Source: Chiloscyllium plagiosum
Taxonomy: Eukaryota
Reading direction: 5' to 3'
Assembly (NCBI RefSeq): GCF_004010195.1
Contig: NC_057754.1
Location: 217,012 to 281,011, forward strand
Length of the DNA: 64,000 bases
Numbering within the stretch: position 1 is the stretch's first letter; each line of letters begins with the position of its first letter. Of this stretch, positions 10,501 through 24,131 are shown in pieces. The translations under genes were made by a program, and so were the position numbers. Under the pieces are notes generated by a model. That model saw only the letters and a list, made by a program, of their open reading frames with translations. It ran no database searches and was not told where the DNA came from.

Positions 10501-13500
10501 AAACACAAGTTTCTCTTTTCAAGAAGATTCAAGTTTTGTTCCACCAAGTGACTGTTTGGACAGTAGTGTGTCTTGTGTGGTTGTTTCAGAAAGCAGTTAG
10601 GAATCAATCACATTGCTGTGGCTCTAGAGTCCTATTTAGGTTAGGTCAGACCAAGTCAACTTGGAAGGTTTCCTTCTCTGAAGAACATTTGTAAAGCAGG
10701 TTTTTTTTAAAATGACAAATCAATTATGGTTTTATGATCACCATTGGTGGTGATTAGCTTTTTAATTGCAGATTTATTTAATTAAGGAGGGGGTTAGGGG
10801 TGTGATCTGGGTAGGATGCTCTTTGGAGGGTTGGTGCTGACTTGATGGGTTGAATGGCCTGCTTCCACACTCTAGGGATTCCATGAAATCTATGAATTCA
10901 TTTTGATATTTCCTGTTGAATCTGTTTCCACTGCCCCAGTAGGCAGCACATTCTAGATCACAACAACTTGCTGTATTACAATATTCCTCATTGTCTTTCT
11001 CTTTTGCTAATCTTCTTAAATCTGTGTACCTCTGGCTTCTGACTGCTCCTGTAACTGGGAATCATTTCTTTTTATTCTTGTTGCAGCTGGGTCTGGGTGG
11101 ATGCTGTTCAGAGGGTCAGTGTGGACTCGATGGGCCGAATGTCATGTTTCCACACTGTAGGGATTCTATCATGATAACTGGGGGCAATGATGGGGCTAGA
11201 TTAAAAGGTGGGGGGGCAGCAAAGGGCCAGAAGCAGAGAAGCTCAGATATCTCTGAGCGCTCTCGGGACTGGAGGAGATCTGCAAATACAGGGTCAAGGA
11301 GAGACTGACAGAAAGAAAGGTGAATTTTCCAATAATGAGAGAGGTATTGCAGTGCAGCGATAGGAATGACAAGCGTTTTTGCTAATCCTGAGCCATCTAA
11401 AATGTTAACAGCAGCCACACAAATAGAGAACTGAATCTACCTTTCCTGCAACTTTCAGCTTGTTTGCTACAATAAACACTTACTAAAATCTGTTGTGCAT
11501 GATTGCTTAAGTTCTCGCACTCCCTTAAGTAGCCGCAGTACTTTATTCAGTGCCCTGATGAAGACTGATGATAATCAGATTCTGACTGTCTGGCATTTGT
11601 TTTTGAGATTGAATGCTCTGGGATTTATGGGTGGTCCTTACTTAAAAGCTTGCGGCTGTAAAGAAATTTGTATCCAAACTAGGGACGGGGGGGGCAAAAA
11701 AATAGGCATTCCAGATGAGAGTAAGTACTGTACGAAAAAACAACCAGGATTAGCATGATGTACATAGTTTCTCAGCAAAGGTACAAGGAAAACAAACCCA
11801 GGGGCCATACAGCTGTAGTATTGGTCAGTTATGGGTTACAAAAGGAACCTTCCCTTCTTCAAACAGCGAGGAATACGGGAAGTTATCGTCAGGATTTCTG
11901 AGCGAGAGCGAGATGAAAGAGCTCTGTGGTAACCACACCTCCCAGCCCCTCGGGGTTATAAATAAATACTAACAACACTGCGCAGCAGCCAAGCTGACGT
12001 GCCAAGGGTCAAATCCAGTGAGGTCAATGTAAGAAAATACCGCTCATGTTTACATTGCATGGCTTTGAAAAACAACCACGTTCTATTTATGCCAGGGCAT
12101 GCCATGATCGTTCACAAGTATTTCAGTCTGGGGCTGAACGATCCATTCAGATAAATGTTAATATCTGCCTGCTTCAAACAGATTCCAGCCAAACCTTATT
12201 CACACCACAGTACATGCAGCAAAACAGTGGTTAGATCACAAGTTTAACAATCCAGTCAACCTGCAGTGAAGTTCCAAAGATATCAGCTCCAATTCTACCA
12301 TAGCAGCTGCAGAATATAAATTCAAACAAAGAAATCTGAAATATAAAACTAGCATCAGGAATGACCTTAGACCTGCTGGATTGTCATGAAACTGTTTCAG
12401 TAATGCACTGAACCTTACCTGCTGTCCTTACTTAATCTGGCCTACATGTGACTCCAGACCTACTGTAAATGGCTGACCCTTTACTGCCTTGAGAAATGGA
12501 TAAGAAAGACACTTCCATTGCGTACTATCACATCACAACTACCAGCATCTCAAGGGCAATAAAAATTAGCATTGTTGAAAAACATATCCAAGCATTGCCA
12601 TTAAAGAGATACCAGAGTCACCAATTGGCCTGGACTGCTAAGTGATGGTTCACACAACATTTTGGGAAGGCAAATATTGATACAGCAGTTTATAATGAGT
12701 TCCATTAACAGGAAAACCTTATTAAACATCAGAAGTAACACCCGTGCACAGACGTGCGCCCCGCACCCCAGATTTTAAATATAGAGACTCAAGCAATTTC
12801 TGAGTTGATGACAGAGGTACACGCAGATGCAATATCTGTGTATTTATGAACCTAGGTAGCTCAGACAGGTACAGGGAGCTTATTACTTTGAAAAGAAATG
12901 ACTCCCCTGAGGTTTTCCAGTAGATGCACATAAAAAAGTGTGGTGCTTTCGATCATTCTTTCACTGCTGCCAGTAACAGAGTACCACACCTTTGAATAAA
13001 TACCAGTTCCTTCCTGGAAGGTGCACCCCAGGTTCGTGTGTCCAGTAGAGTTCAGTTGGCAGCGCTTTTGAACCTTCATCATCCTGACTTGGAGGTAAGC
13101 CTCTCTCCAGCGTTCGTGCATAGACATCTGGTTGACACTCCAGCACAGTACCGAGAAAGTGCTGCATTGTCAGAGATTTCATCTTTCTCAGGAGATATTA
13201 ACTGGAAACCTCGTCTGCCTCTCAGGTCATATAATAGCTGCCATTGCCATTACTAGCAGAGGAGTAGGATAGAGTCTGGAAACTGAAGATATAGGGGCAA
13301 TAGACTCACAATGTCAAAGGGATACAGCAGAGAATTGAAATGATTGGATTGCTGTCCAGAGAACCAGCATCAGTTTGGTGGATTGAATGGGTCTGCACCT
13401 GTGCCGTTATAATGAGCAAGTGTAGAAAGTAGGAAATGGAGAGAGGATAGTGAGAGTTTGGAGAGAATACAGGCTGTGATCTCAGCTCCAGTTGGCTTTT

Positions 13501-14019
13501 TCTGACACAGTGAAAACAATCAGCCATGGGTCAGTCGAAGTCTTGTGGGTCAGAAATATTGAATGAATACATTTACATCATAGCAAACAGGAAACACATT
13601 TCACAAAAACTAAACGCAGAATGACTTAATCCACCCAATAGAATCAAACCACAATGAGAAAGGCCACTCTGCCCACTGGGTTCATGGTGGCTGAACTGTT
13701 TTGGCTTTTCTCTCATAGCTTTGCAAATGATCCAACTGAACACAAAGCCACCAACACACACGTTTCCAGACACTCCCTCAGTTGTTATGTATGATTCAGA
13801 TTTGTTTAGGATGAGATTATTGTTGTGTTTATCAGATATAATTACCCCAAGTAACTCTGGACACGGTTCATGCTTCCTGAGATTTCACTGCACACGGCCA
13901 AAAACTCAAAAGCTCAAATTCATGGCATGAACACATGAGGAAGCAAGGTTATCCATTTCAGGCTGTGAAAGGATAAGATCTGGGTACCGTTTTGTTAAGA
14001 CGGCACAAAATTAAATACG

Positions 14020-14660
14020 GTGGCTGTCCAATGATATTGCTGGGTTCAGGTGCATAACTCTTTAAAATGCCACAAACAGGATGTAGGAAATAGTGAAAGG
14101 AGGTTAAAGGAAAGCTGGCCTTCGTATCTAAAGGGCTGGAATTTAGTGATGCAGACATTATGCTGCAGCTATACAAAACTCTAGTCAGACCCCTAGGTGG
14201 AGCGCTGCAAGCAAATCTGGGTACCACACCTTAGGAAGGGATGAAGGGAGGGAATTCAACACAGGATGGTACCTGGACTTCAGGGGTTAATTTCTGAGGA
14301 GAGATTAGATAAATTAGGGGTGATCTAATCAAGGTCTTCAGGATATAAACAGGGAAAGGCAGGTAAGATAAATTATTGCCACTGGTCTAGATTTTAGAAC
14401 TAGGTGGCACTGTCTAAAAATTAGATACAGGCCATTCAGGAGTGATGTCAGGAAGCACTTCGACACACAGAGAGTGGAGGCTTGGGAATTCTCTTCCTCA
14501 AATGGCAGTTGATACTAATTTAATTGCTAAATTCAAATCTGAGACAGACCTTTTTTTTATTAAGGAAGGTTATCAAGAGATATGGATCCAAGGCAGCATC
14601 GAGTTAGGCCACAGATCAGCCATGATCTTACTGAATGGCCTACTTGCATTTCTATGACTC
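14020..14660 (+). mobile_element. Old CR1 LINE fragment
   Basis: Decayed LQLYKTLVRP and GDLIKVF motifs followed by a CR1-type 3' end. Confidence 0.7.
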
Positions 14661-15029
14661 AACATCTCTGTAGGAGACAGGTAAAGAGGCAACTTCTTAC
14701 AGATGTCCAACAATCCAGCCTCCCTGCTTAGGACAGTTCTCTCAGGACAGAACACTATTCCCTCAACCAAGAGTCAAAATAAGCATTTCCATAGTGCTGT
14801 TCACCAGCTCAGAACCTTCCAAGACTTCACAAGGTCAATGCTGTGACAATCCCTTCGTGTAATATATCAAACATTAACATATCAGTTATTTCCAGCTCCA
14901 TTAATAGCATTTGCTATGCACTAATGACCAAGTCTGTCCTCAATGCAACAACTGAATTTCCACAATATCTTATGGCTTCGATGAGCTGTCAGACACTCAA
15001 AGAGAAGGCGCAGCACCTCAGAATGCAGT

Positions 15030-16450
15030 AGTTTCTTGGCGCCGACCCTCCGATGGCACAACACTCCCTTGGCACCGATCCTCCAATTGCATGGTGCTCC
15101 CTCAGTGCCGACCCTCCGACAATGTTGCCTTGGCATGACACTCCGATGACACAGCGCCCCTGTGGGACCAAGCCTCCGACGGCACAGTTCCCCTTGGGAC
15201 TGACCCTCCGACAGCGCAGAGCTCCCTGGGTGCCGATCTTCTGACGGCGCAGTGTTCCCTTGGCACCAACCCTCCAACAGCGCAGCACTTACTTGGCACC
15301 GACCCTCCGACGGCGTAGTGCCGCCTCGGCACCGACCCTCCGACGGTGCAGCATCGCCTCGGCACCAACCCTCCGACGGCACAGTGCTGCCTCGGCACCG
15401 ACCCTCCGACGGCGCAGCGCTCTCTTGGCACCGACCCTCTGATGGTACAGCGCTCTCTTGGCACCGACCCTTCGATGGCACAGCGCTCTCTTGGCACCGA
15501 CCCTCCGACGGCGCAGTGCTGCCTCGGCACCAACCCTCCGACAGCGCAGCGCCCTCTTGGCACCAACCCTCCAACGGCGCAGCACTTGCTTGGCACACCA
15601 ACCCTCCAACAGCGCAACGCACCCTTGGCACTGACCCTCCGACCGAGCAGTGTCCCGTCAGCACTGACCCTCCGACGATGAAGCACTCCCTCGGGACCGA
15701 CCCTCCAATGGTGCAGCGCTCCCTCATCACTGACCCTCCGACAGTGCGGCGCTCCCTCAGCACTGACCATCCGACGATGCGGTGCTCCCTCAGCACTGAC
15801 TCTCCGACGGTGCGGCGTTCCCTCAGCACTGACTCTCCGACAGTGCGGCGCTACCTCAGCACTGACCCTCCGACGATGCGGCGCTCCCTCAGCACTGACC
15901 ATCCGACGATGCGGTGCTCCCTCAGCACTGACCCTCCGACGGTGCGGCGTTCCCTCAGCACTGACCCTCCGACAGTGCAGCACTCCCTCAGCACTGACCT
16001 TCTGACAGTGCAGCGCTCCCTCAGCACTGACCCTCCGACGGCTGAAGCACTCCCTTGGGCCCGACCCTCCAATGGTGCAGCGCTCCCTCAGTACTGACCC
16101 TCTGACGGTGCAGTACTCCCTTGGCACCGCTGCCCTGACAGCACAGCGCTTCCTTGACACCGACCCTCCGACAACACAGCGCTCCCTCAGCACTGTACCT
16201 CTGACGGCACAACGCTCCCTTGGCACCGACCCTCCGACAATACAGTGCTCCTTCAGCATCGAACCTCTGACAGCACAGCGCTCCCTTGGGACAGACCCTC
16301 CGATGACGCAGCGCTCCCTTGGCACCACCCCTCCGACGGCGCAGTACTCCTTTAGCACCGCTGCCTTGACCACGCAGCGCTCCCTTGGCACCGACCCTCC
16401 AACAGCGTAGTGCTCCCTTGACACTGGCGCCCTGATGGCACAGCGCTCCC
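15030..16450. repeat. 33-bp minisatellite, ~43 units, consensus ~CTCCCTCAGCACTGACCCTCCGACAGTGCAGCG
   Basis: Visible tandem periodicity. It produces 11-aa-repeat pseudo-ORFs (GGSVPRERCAV). A short related array lies at 19735-19865. Confidence 0.95.
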
Positions 16451-18409
16451 TGAAACTGAAACTAATCACCAACTAATATAGCCTCTCCCACCACCTTGAA
16501 CCGTCAGTTTTGTACAAACATATACTGATTTCAAGGTCAGATAAGCAATACACCTTCAATACACTGCAAGCAAAATCCAAAACTTTTGGCACCATGCAAG
16601 GCAGTGGCTAAACAGCAGTCTCAGGAACCTGCTTGAGTTTATGTGCATCACTGCTGGCTTTGTCTTGTAAAGGAATGCAAAGTAACAGCTTTGCCCTCAG
16701 TAGCAATGGTGCATTACACTACCCAGGAAGACAGGAATATCTGTAAGAACAGATTCTGATCCTTTAAAGGACTGAAATTACACAGGAGATGACAACATGA
16801 TTTTATTTTGGGTGGGGGGGAACGGGAGGAGGAGGAGAAACAAGAGCTGGAGTGTGTCAGTGCATTGTGACATCTACAACCCTGCAGGGACTCTCAGCTC
16901 TACATTCCTGTATCTTCCCAAGGTACATTTGAATGGACCAGAGATGACCACCATTAATCACAGTCAAGTCCACATCAGAAACAGACAATAAAAACAAGAG
17001 GGCAAGATAGTAATTAGCAGTACGAGGTGCAACTATTGGAATCAACAGTCAAACCACATTCATCAATGGTAACGGTAAAAACAGAAGAGGCAGCTCAAAA
17101 TGTTAAGTCAACAGGACTGACAGCCCAATCACCCACCATCACCAGTCACTGCTGCACAACCGCACTCCCTCCACTACAACAGCAAAGGCAGCAGATACAT
17201 AGAAATACCACCCCCTTCAAGACCCCCTCCAAGCCAATCACCAATCTGACTTGGAAATACAGTGTCGCTGGGTCAAAATCATGGAATTCCCTCCCTAAGG
17301 GCATTATAGCTCTACCTACAGCACATAAAGGCAGCTTTCCACCACTTTCTCAAGGGGCAAATAGGGATGGTCAATAAATGGTGGGTCTAGCCAGCAAAAG
17401 CCACTGCCCATGGATAATAAAAACAACCCAAGCTCATTTGGTCAACAAAGACCAATTCAAAATGAGAAAACCAGGGAAAATGAGAATAAAGGTTAAAGGA
17501 AGCATATTTATTTGTGATGTGATTGGCTTATTGCAACCATCTTGTCTTTAATCTAATTCAACAATCTTTAATGAAAACCAGTACAGATATCTAGCATTAA
17601 AGTTTTGCCAAGTATCAAAACAAGGCATTTTGGAAGGTCCCTGTAATACCTACTGCTACTCTTTCATAAATTTGGTTCTTAGTTGAATGTATAAGTATAA
17701 CTCAGCTCAAATATATTTAACAAACCAGATCTGACACAGCAATGGGCAGCTGGCAGAAGCTGAAATACCTTCTGTCCTGGGAAAGAAAGGACAGTATACA
17801 AGTGGACATAGACCTGGATGGCTTAATGTGAAGCTGGTAGCCATTCCCAAGCTCAAGAATTGCTCAAGCAGCAGTGAATGACTGGATTATAGCAAATCAG
17901 CATCATGAAAAAGACCCAAAGTACACAGGAAACATACAGATAGTAAGCAGTGGTTCATTCTTAGCCCAAAGCGAATGTTCGGGAAAAGGGGGTCAGCACT
18001 AAAACCAGAAATAGATGGGGAGGGGAGACCGGGAGAAAAGGGCAGAAAGAAGGGTAAATTGTAATGGACTAAAACAGGACTGGGAGAGAACGAAAAGGTG
18101 AGTGTGCAGAAGAGGTGCAGGTGGGGAGAAGAGAGAAAGACGGCACATGGCAGAGGGGTAGGACCAGGAATGACTCTGGCTGTGATGGGCATGTATGTAT
18201 GGGGGGGATATGTGGAGGGAATATATGTAGGCCATTCTGTGCGCACGCGCATTTGTTGGTGCATCTTTAATGGGGTTAGTAGGAAGGAAGTGTTGGTCGG
18301 TAAGTGTGTGTGTATCTATAAAAATAAGAGGTTGCAGGAATGTGCATGTGGGGAAATGAGTGTGGCGGGGAAGAATGGGTGTGTGGGAGTGTGTGTATTT
18401 GGGAGGGCA

Positions 18410-18824
18410 NNNNNNNNNNNNNNNNNNNNNNNNNNNNNNNNNNNNNNNNNNNNNNNNNNNNNNNNNNNNNNNNNNNNNNNNNNNNNNNNNNNNNNNNNNN
18501 NNNNNNNNNNNNNNNNNNNNNNNNNNNNNNNNNNNNNNNNNNNNNNNNNNNNNNNNNNNNNNNNNNNNNNNNNNNNNNNNNNNNNNNNNNNNNNNNNNNN
18601 NNNNNNNNNNNNNNNNNNNNNNNNNNNNNNNNNNNNNNNNNNNNNNNNNNNNNNNNNNNNNNNNNNNNNNNNNNNNNNNNNNNNNNNNNNNNNNNNNNNN
18701 NNNNNNNNNNNNNNNNNNNNNNNNNNNNNNNNNNNNNNNNNNNNNNNNNNNNNNNNNNNNNNNNNNNNNNNNNNNNNNNNNNNNNNNNNNNNNNNNNNNN
18801 NNNNNNNNNNNNNNNNNNNNNNNN
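18410..18824. other. Assembly gap (~415 N)
   Basis: N run. Confidence 1.
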
Positions 18825-19005
18825 CATGAGGGCAAGGGGGAGGAGGACAGAGTGCCCACACGCAAGAGGGGGAGGGGACAGATCGCGCATGAAGGGAAAG
18901 GGGAGGGGAACAGATTGCCCACGCGCACGAGGGGGAGGATGCAGAGCGCCCATGAATGCGAGGGCAATGGCTACAGAAGCTGCACGCACGAGGGGGACAG
19001 AGCAC
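18825..19005. repeat. Degenerate ~30-bp purine-rich tandem repeat next to the gap
   Basis: Recurring gggaggggacaga...gcccac.cgca.gaggg. Confidence 0.7.
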
Positions 19006-20009
19006 AGAAGAGACAGCAGGTTGGTTGGAGACTTTCACCTGCCTCCAACTACCACCAGTCCTTCATCCCATAATGTCCTTTCTCTGCCTGTCAGCCTGAG
19101 TTTTTACAATGCCAAGCCCTGCATTGACACAGGTTTCGGTTTCCTGAAGGCGCTCCATACTATCTGGAGAATCCAGTCTTACAAGTATAATCGATCTCTC
19201 TCCCCCTATTGTAAATGCATGGCTTCTTTTATAAATGAAAAGATTACATTTAAAACCAGCATCGGATAACAGCCAAGGATATGGTGTGTTGCTGCCAATA
19301 CCAAGTCCTTCCCTTCAAATGGGGAAGACTGCCTTTGTAAAGTTAACGCTCTGTTGAGAGCACTTATGTAGCCATTAAGTCCCGACAATACACACACATT
19401 GATCTGAAAAGTGACAGAAGCAGAGAAACTAATTCACGCAGATCTGTGAAATCTTCAGAGTGTGAAAATTATCATACCCATGTACCTCACTCATCCAAAT
19501 ATCTATGGAACGTGATGGCTGTCCTACGAGAGACTATAAGACTATAAGACAAGGGAGCAGTTGTAAACCATTCAGCCCATCAAGTCTGCTCGAGTCAGAC
19601 GTCTTTCAATTAGCATTGTTGAGAAGTGTGTTTAATTTGCCAATGTGAGATAGTGGGGTTAAAGCTGAACTTCAAATGATGTCACAGGATCCATTACTGT
19701 TGATTCAACCGACTCTGAAACCACTGACCGTCATCACCCCCTCCTCAGCACTCACCATCCAACAGTGCAGCACTCCCTCAGTGGTGACCCTCCGACAGTG
19801 TGGCACTCCCTCAGTGGTGACCCTCCGACAGTGTGGCACTCCCTCAGATCTGACCCTCTGACACCACCAGCTCGCTGTGCTGAGCCTGCAACAATGCAGG
19901 GCTAATCAGCACTCACTCTCCAACAGTGTGATGCTACCTCAACATTGAACCTCCACAAAGAGATTCAAACAGGTTTTACCATCTTCTTCACATTACAGTG
20001 AGACACAAG

Positions 20010-22560
20010 CAATTTTTACAGTGCTCCTCACACCGCAGGGAGTTCAGAGTGAGTTTTACAGTGCTCCTCACACCGCAGAGAGTTCAGAGTGAGTTTTACA
20101 GTTCTCCTCACACCGCAGAGAGTTCAGAGTGAGTTTTACAGTGCTCCTCACACCGCAGAGAGTTCAGAGTGAGTTTAACAGTTCTCCTCACACTACAGGG
20201 AGTTTTTTTAGATTAGATTAGATTACTTACAGTGTGGAAACAGGCCCTTCGGCCCAACAAGTCCACACCGACCCGCCGAAGCGTAACCCACCCATACATT
20301 TACCCCTTTACCTAACACTACGGGCAATTTAGCATGGCCAATTCACCTGACTTGCACATCTTTGGAGTGTGGGAGGAAACCGGAGCACCCGGAGGAAACC
20401 CACGCAGACACGGGGAGAACGTGCAAACTCCACACAGTCAGTCGCCTGAGGCGGGAATTGAACCCGGGTCTCTGGCGCTGCGAGGCAGCAGTGCTAACCA
20501 CCGTGCCACCGTGCCGGTGTGAGTTCCAAGTAAGTTTTACAGTGCTCCACACACTTCAGGGAGTCCTGAGTGAGTTTTGCAGTATCCCTCTCGGTGAGAC
20601 ATATGGTACCCCTCACACTACAGACAGTCCTGAGTGAGTTTTAGTGTCCCTCACAGTACAGGGAGGTCTGAGTGAGTTACATAGTGTCCTTCATGCTATA
20701 ACGAGTCCCATGAGAGTTTTGCGATGTCGCTCAGTGTACTCAAAGTTCTGACTGAGCCTTACAGTGCCCCTCACAAAGTTCGGAATGAGGCTTAATGTAT
20801 CCCTCTCAGTACATTGATTTCTTAGTGAGACTTACAGTACCCCTCAACACGGAGTTCCGCGTGAGTTTTACAATATCCCTTGCACTAGAGAAGGTCAGAG
20901 CTAGTTTTACAATGCTACTCACTGTACAGGGAGTTCAGAGTGAGTTTTAGTGCCCCTTGCTGTATAGGGTGTTCCGTGTGAGTTTACAGAGTTCCTCGCT
21001 GTACAGGGTGTTCTGAGTGAATTTTGCAGTGTTCCTCACACCACAGGATGTTTCGTGTGAGTTTTACAGTGTTCCTCACTGTACAGCGAGTTCAGAGTGA
21101 GCTTTAATGCCCCTTGCTGTACAGGGTGTTCCGTGTGAGTTTACAGTGTTCCTCGCTGTACAGGGTGTTCTGAGTGAGTTTTACAGTGTTCCTCACACCA
21201 CAGGGTGTTTCGTGTGAGTTTACAGAGTTCCTCGCTGTACAGGGTGTTCTGAGTGAATTTTGCAGTGTTCCTCACACCACAGGGTGTTCCGTGTGAGTTT
21301 ACAGAGTTCCTCGCTGTACAGGGTGTTCTGAGTGAATTTTGCAGTGTTCCTCACACCACAGGGTGTTTCGTGTGAGTTTTACAGTGTTCCTCACTGTACA
21401 GCGAGTTCAGAGTGAGCTTTAATGCCCCTTGCTGTACAGGGTGTTCCGTGTGAGTTTTACAGTGTTCCTCGCTGTACAGGGTGTTCCGTGTGAGTTTACA
21501 GAGTTCCTCGCTGTACAGGGTGTTCTGAGTGAATTTTGCAGTGTTCCTCACACCACAGGGTGTTTCGTGTGAGTTTTACAGTGTTCCTCACTGTACAGGG
21601 CGTTCAGTGAGTTTTAGTGTTCCTGGGAAGTTCAGAGTGAATTTTACAGTGCTCCTCACTGTACAGGGTGTTCAGAGTGAGTTTTACAGTGTTCCTCGCT
21701 GTACAGCGAGTTCAGAGTGAGCTTTAGTGCCCCTTGCTGTATAGGGTGTTCCGTGTGAGTTTACAGAGTTCCTCACTGTACAGGGCGTTCAGTGAGTTTT
21801 AGTGTTCCTGGGAAGTTCAGAGTGAATTTTACAGTGCTCCTCACTGTACAGGGTGTTCCGTGTGAGTTTTACAGTGCTCCTCACTGTACAGGGAGTTCAG
21901 AGTAAGTTTTAGTGTTCCTCGCTGTACAAGGTGTTCTTCACATTACAGTGTTCCAAGTGAGTTTTACAGTGTTTCTCGCGGTACAGGGTGTTCCGAGTGA
22001 GTTTTACGGTGTTTCTCACACTCCAGAGTTCTCTGAATGAGTTTTACAGTGCTCCTCTCACTGCAGGGAGTTCAAGGTGAGCTTTGCAGTATCCCTCTCA
22101 GTACACAGAGTTATCGGTGAGACATACTGTACCCCTCACACTACATCAAGTGCCAAGTGAGTTTTCATGTCCCTCACAGTACAGGGAGTTCAGAGTGAGT
22201 TACAGAGTATCTTTCATGCTACAGGGAGTTCCATGAGAGTTTTGCAATGTCACTTAAAGTACAGAGTTCCAAGTGAACCTTACAGTATCTCTCACACTAC
22301 ACAAAGTTTGGAGTGGACCTTATGTATCCCTCTCAGTACACAGATTCCTTGGTGAGACTGACAGTACCCCTCAAACTACAGTGAGTTCTAAGTGAGTATT
22401 ACAGTGCTCCTCAACATACAGAGAGTTCCCAGTGAGCCGTACAATGTCTCTCACACTACAGGGAGTTCCAAGTGAGTTTTAAAGTGCCCCTCACAGTACA
22501 CAGAGGTCTGGGTGAGCCTCACACGGTCTCTCACATTACAAGGAGTTCTGGGTGAGATTG
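20010..22560. repeat. ~40-bp satellite, consensus ~GAGTTTTACAGTGTTCCTCACTGTACAGGGTGTTCAGAGT, with higher-order blocks
   Basis: Near-exact 40-bp units at 20031-20200, a homogeneous core at 20930-21990 and degenerate flanks. Confidence 0.92.
20208..20516 (-). mobile_element. tRNA-derived V-SINE (HE1-like), young, inserted in the 40-bp satellite
   Basis: Head GGCACGGTGGCACGGTGGTTAGCAC (A box), GGTTCAATTCC (B box), V-core GGGTTTCCTCCGGGTGCTCCGGTTTCCTCCCAC and a (TCTAA)n tail. CpGs are retained. Confidence 0.9.
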
Positions 22561-22974
22561 ATCCCTCAGTTCCGGGTAGCTCTGGATCAGTTACAAGTTT
22601 CCAGGAAAATCGGCGTCACAGATTAAGTGACATTTGCCGCCCACTGTTTACATTGTGCCAAGGGCAGGCAATTTTACAGCAACCTATGCATTCAGTAAAC
22701 ACTATCAGACAGGTCTTTTGCACTCCTCTTGCAGGACAATAAGCCCCTTTGTCACACGGTACAAACCATAAACATGTTAAAAAGCCAGGTCTTTCTACCG
22801 AGCTGCCTGCACAGATGTCAGGTTGGTTTTCAGGAACAGATACAAGCAAATGTTATGTAATATCTTGAAAACATTTCACACACATAAGGTGTGGTACCAT
22901 TTAACTCAGTCACTGGCAGCGAGATGCTGAGGTCATTTAGCCACGTTGAATTGCTGTTATTTTATAAACCAAAC

Positions 22975-23475
22975 TTATAAATTGGCATAAGTTAGCCATT
23001 TGGCCCCTCAATACTGCTCCACCACTCAATAAGATCACAGCTGATCTATTTGTTTCGAACTCCATAGTCCCATCTACATGTGCCAATCTTTAATTTGCTT
23101 GCCTAACAAAAGATTAACTAACTCTGCCTTAAAAATGAACCAGGTCCCTACTTGCACCGTCTTCTGAGGCAGTACGTTTCAAACCTGCACAACCCTCAAA
23201 AGAAATCTGCATTCTTACCTCAAGGCCAACCCATCTTTTTTTTATAGTGCCACTCAATCTGGACTCAGTGATGTCAGGAAACATCCATCCCCAGCCAACC
23301 TTATCAAAACCATTCAGTATCTTATATCCTTCAGTCAAGTCACCCCGCACACTCTCAACTCCAGTGGAAACAAGCCCAGCATGCCCAACCTACCCTTGTA
23401 AAACAATCTGCTCGTTCCAGGTAGTATTGGAGCAAACCTCCTCTGAACTGCTTCCAACACATCTATGTCCTTCCT
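22975..23475 (-). mobile_element. Old CR1 3' fragment, apparently continuing at 30062-30165
   Basis: RGDLTEGYKILNGFDKV. Breaks at ...tccttcc and resumes cttaaacaaggagacc at 30062. Confidence 0.65.
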
Positions 23476-24131
23476 TACAGGAGAACCAGGTCTATTCATT
23501 TTTGTGTTTTTTAAATTGAGGACTAAAATGAGAAAAGAATGGTTTTAAAACTAGGGATTACAAGGATTTCTGTAAGATTTGAAAGTAATCTGACACTCAG
23601 TGAACACTTTGTACAGCTGTGGGTTATAGCAGAGTTTGCAGACACACTGGAACAAAGGGTTGTGCACAAAAATAACTTTGGTTGGTAACAGGAATTGAAT
23701 TGGTTTATGGATTAGTGGCCAGTTATCAGTCACAAAGGCTTCCCCCCCAACAACAACTGCATGATTGGTTCTCAGGTAGCTGAACAGCTTGGGGCTGTGA
23801 ACAAGATACAAAGCAACCTTTGGACCACCAGCAGCTCCAGAAGTTCTCTCTCTATTCGCTGCAATAAGCCTCTTTAAGATTAAAAGAAAAATCTTATCTT
23901 CAGCAGTTGTTATAAGCTGAGACTTCTAATTAATAAGCCAGACGCATTCCATAAGTGAACCGGCCACTCTGTGCCTCTTGCAAACCAGTAGAAGCATCCA
24001 GACAAGGATGACTCAGAAGCAGAGCCTCACCAGGACAGGAAGCAGCTCAGCAACTCTTCTGAACAGGAACCAGAGAATTGCTTTTCTCCCTCAGTCAATA
24101 ACCCTATGCCTTTTTTTTCCTGTATCTATCT

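Noticed and set aside
14921..16472. Long ORFs (281-456 aa) with Cys/Arg-rich 11-aa repeats
   Set aside because: They arise from a 33-bp tandem repeat that is open in several frames on both strands; there is no splice or domain evidence.
20010..22560. CRISPR-like appearance of the regular arrays (also 15030-16450 and 7237-7452)
   Set aside because: The units are contiguous with no unique spacers, there are no cas genes, and the context is a vertebrate intron.
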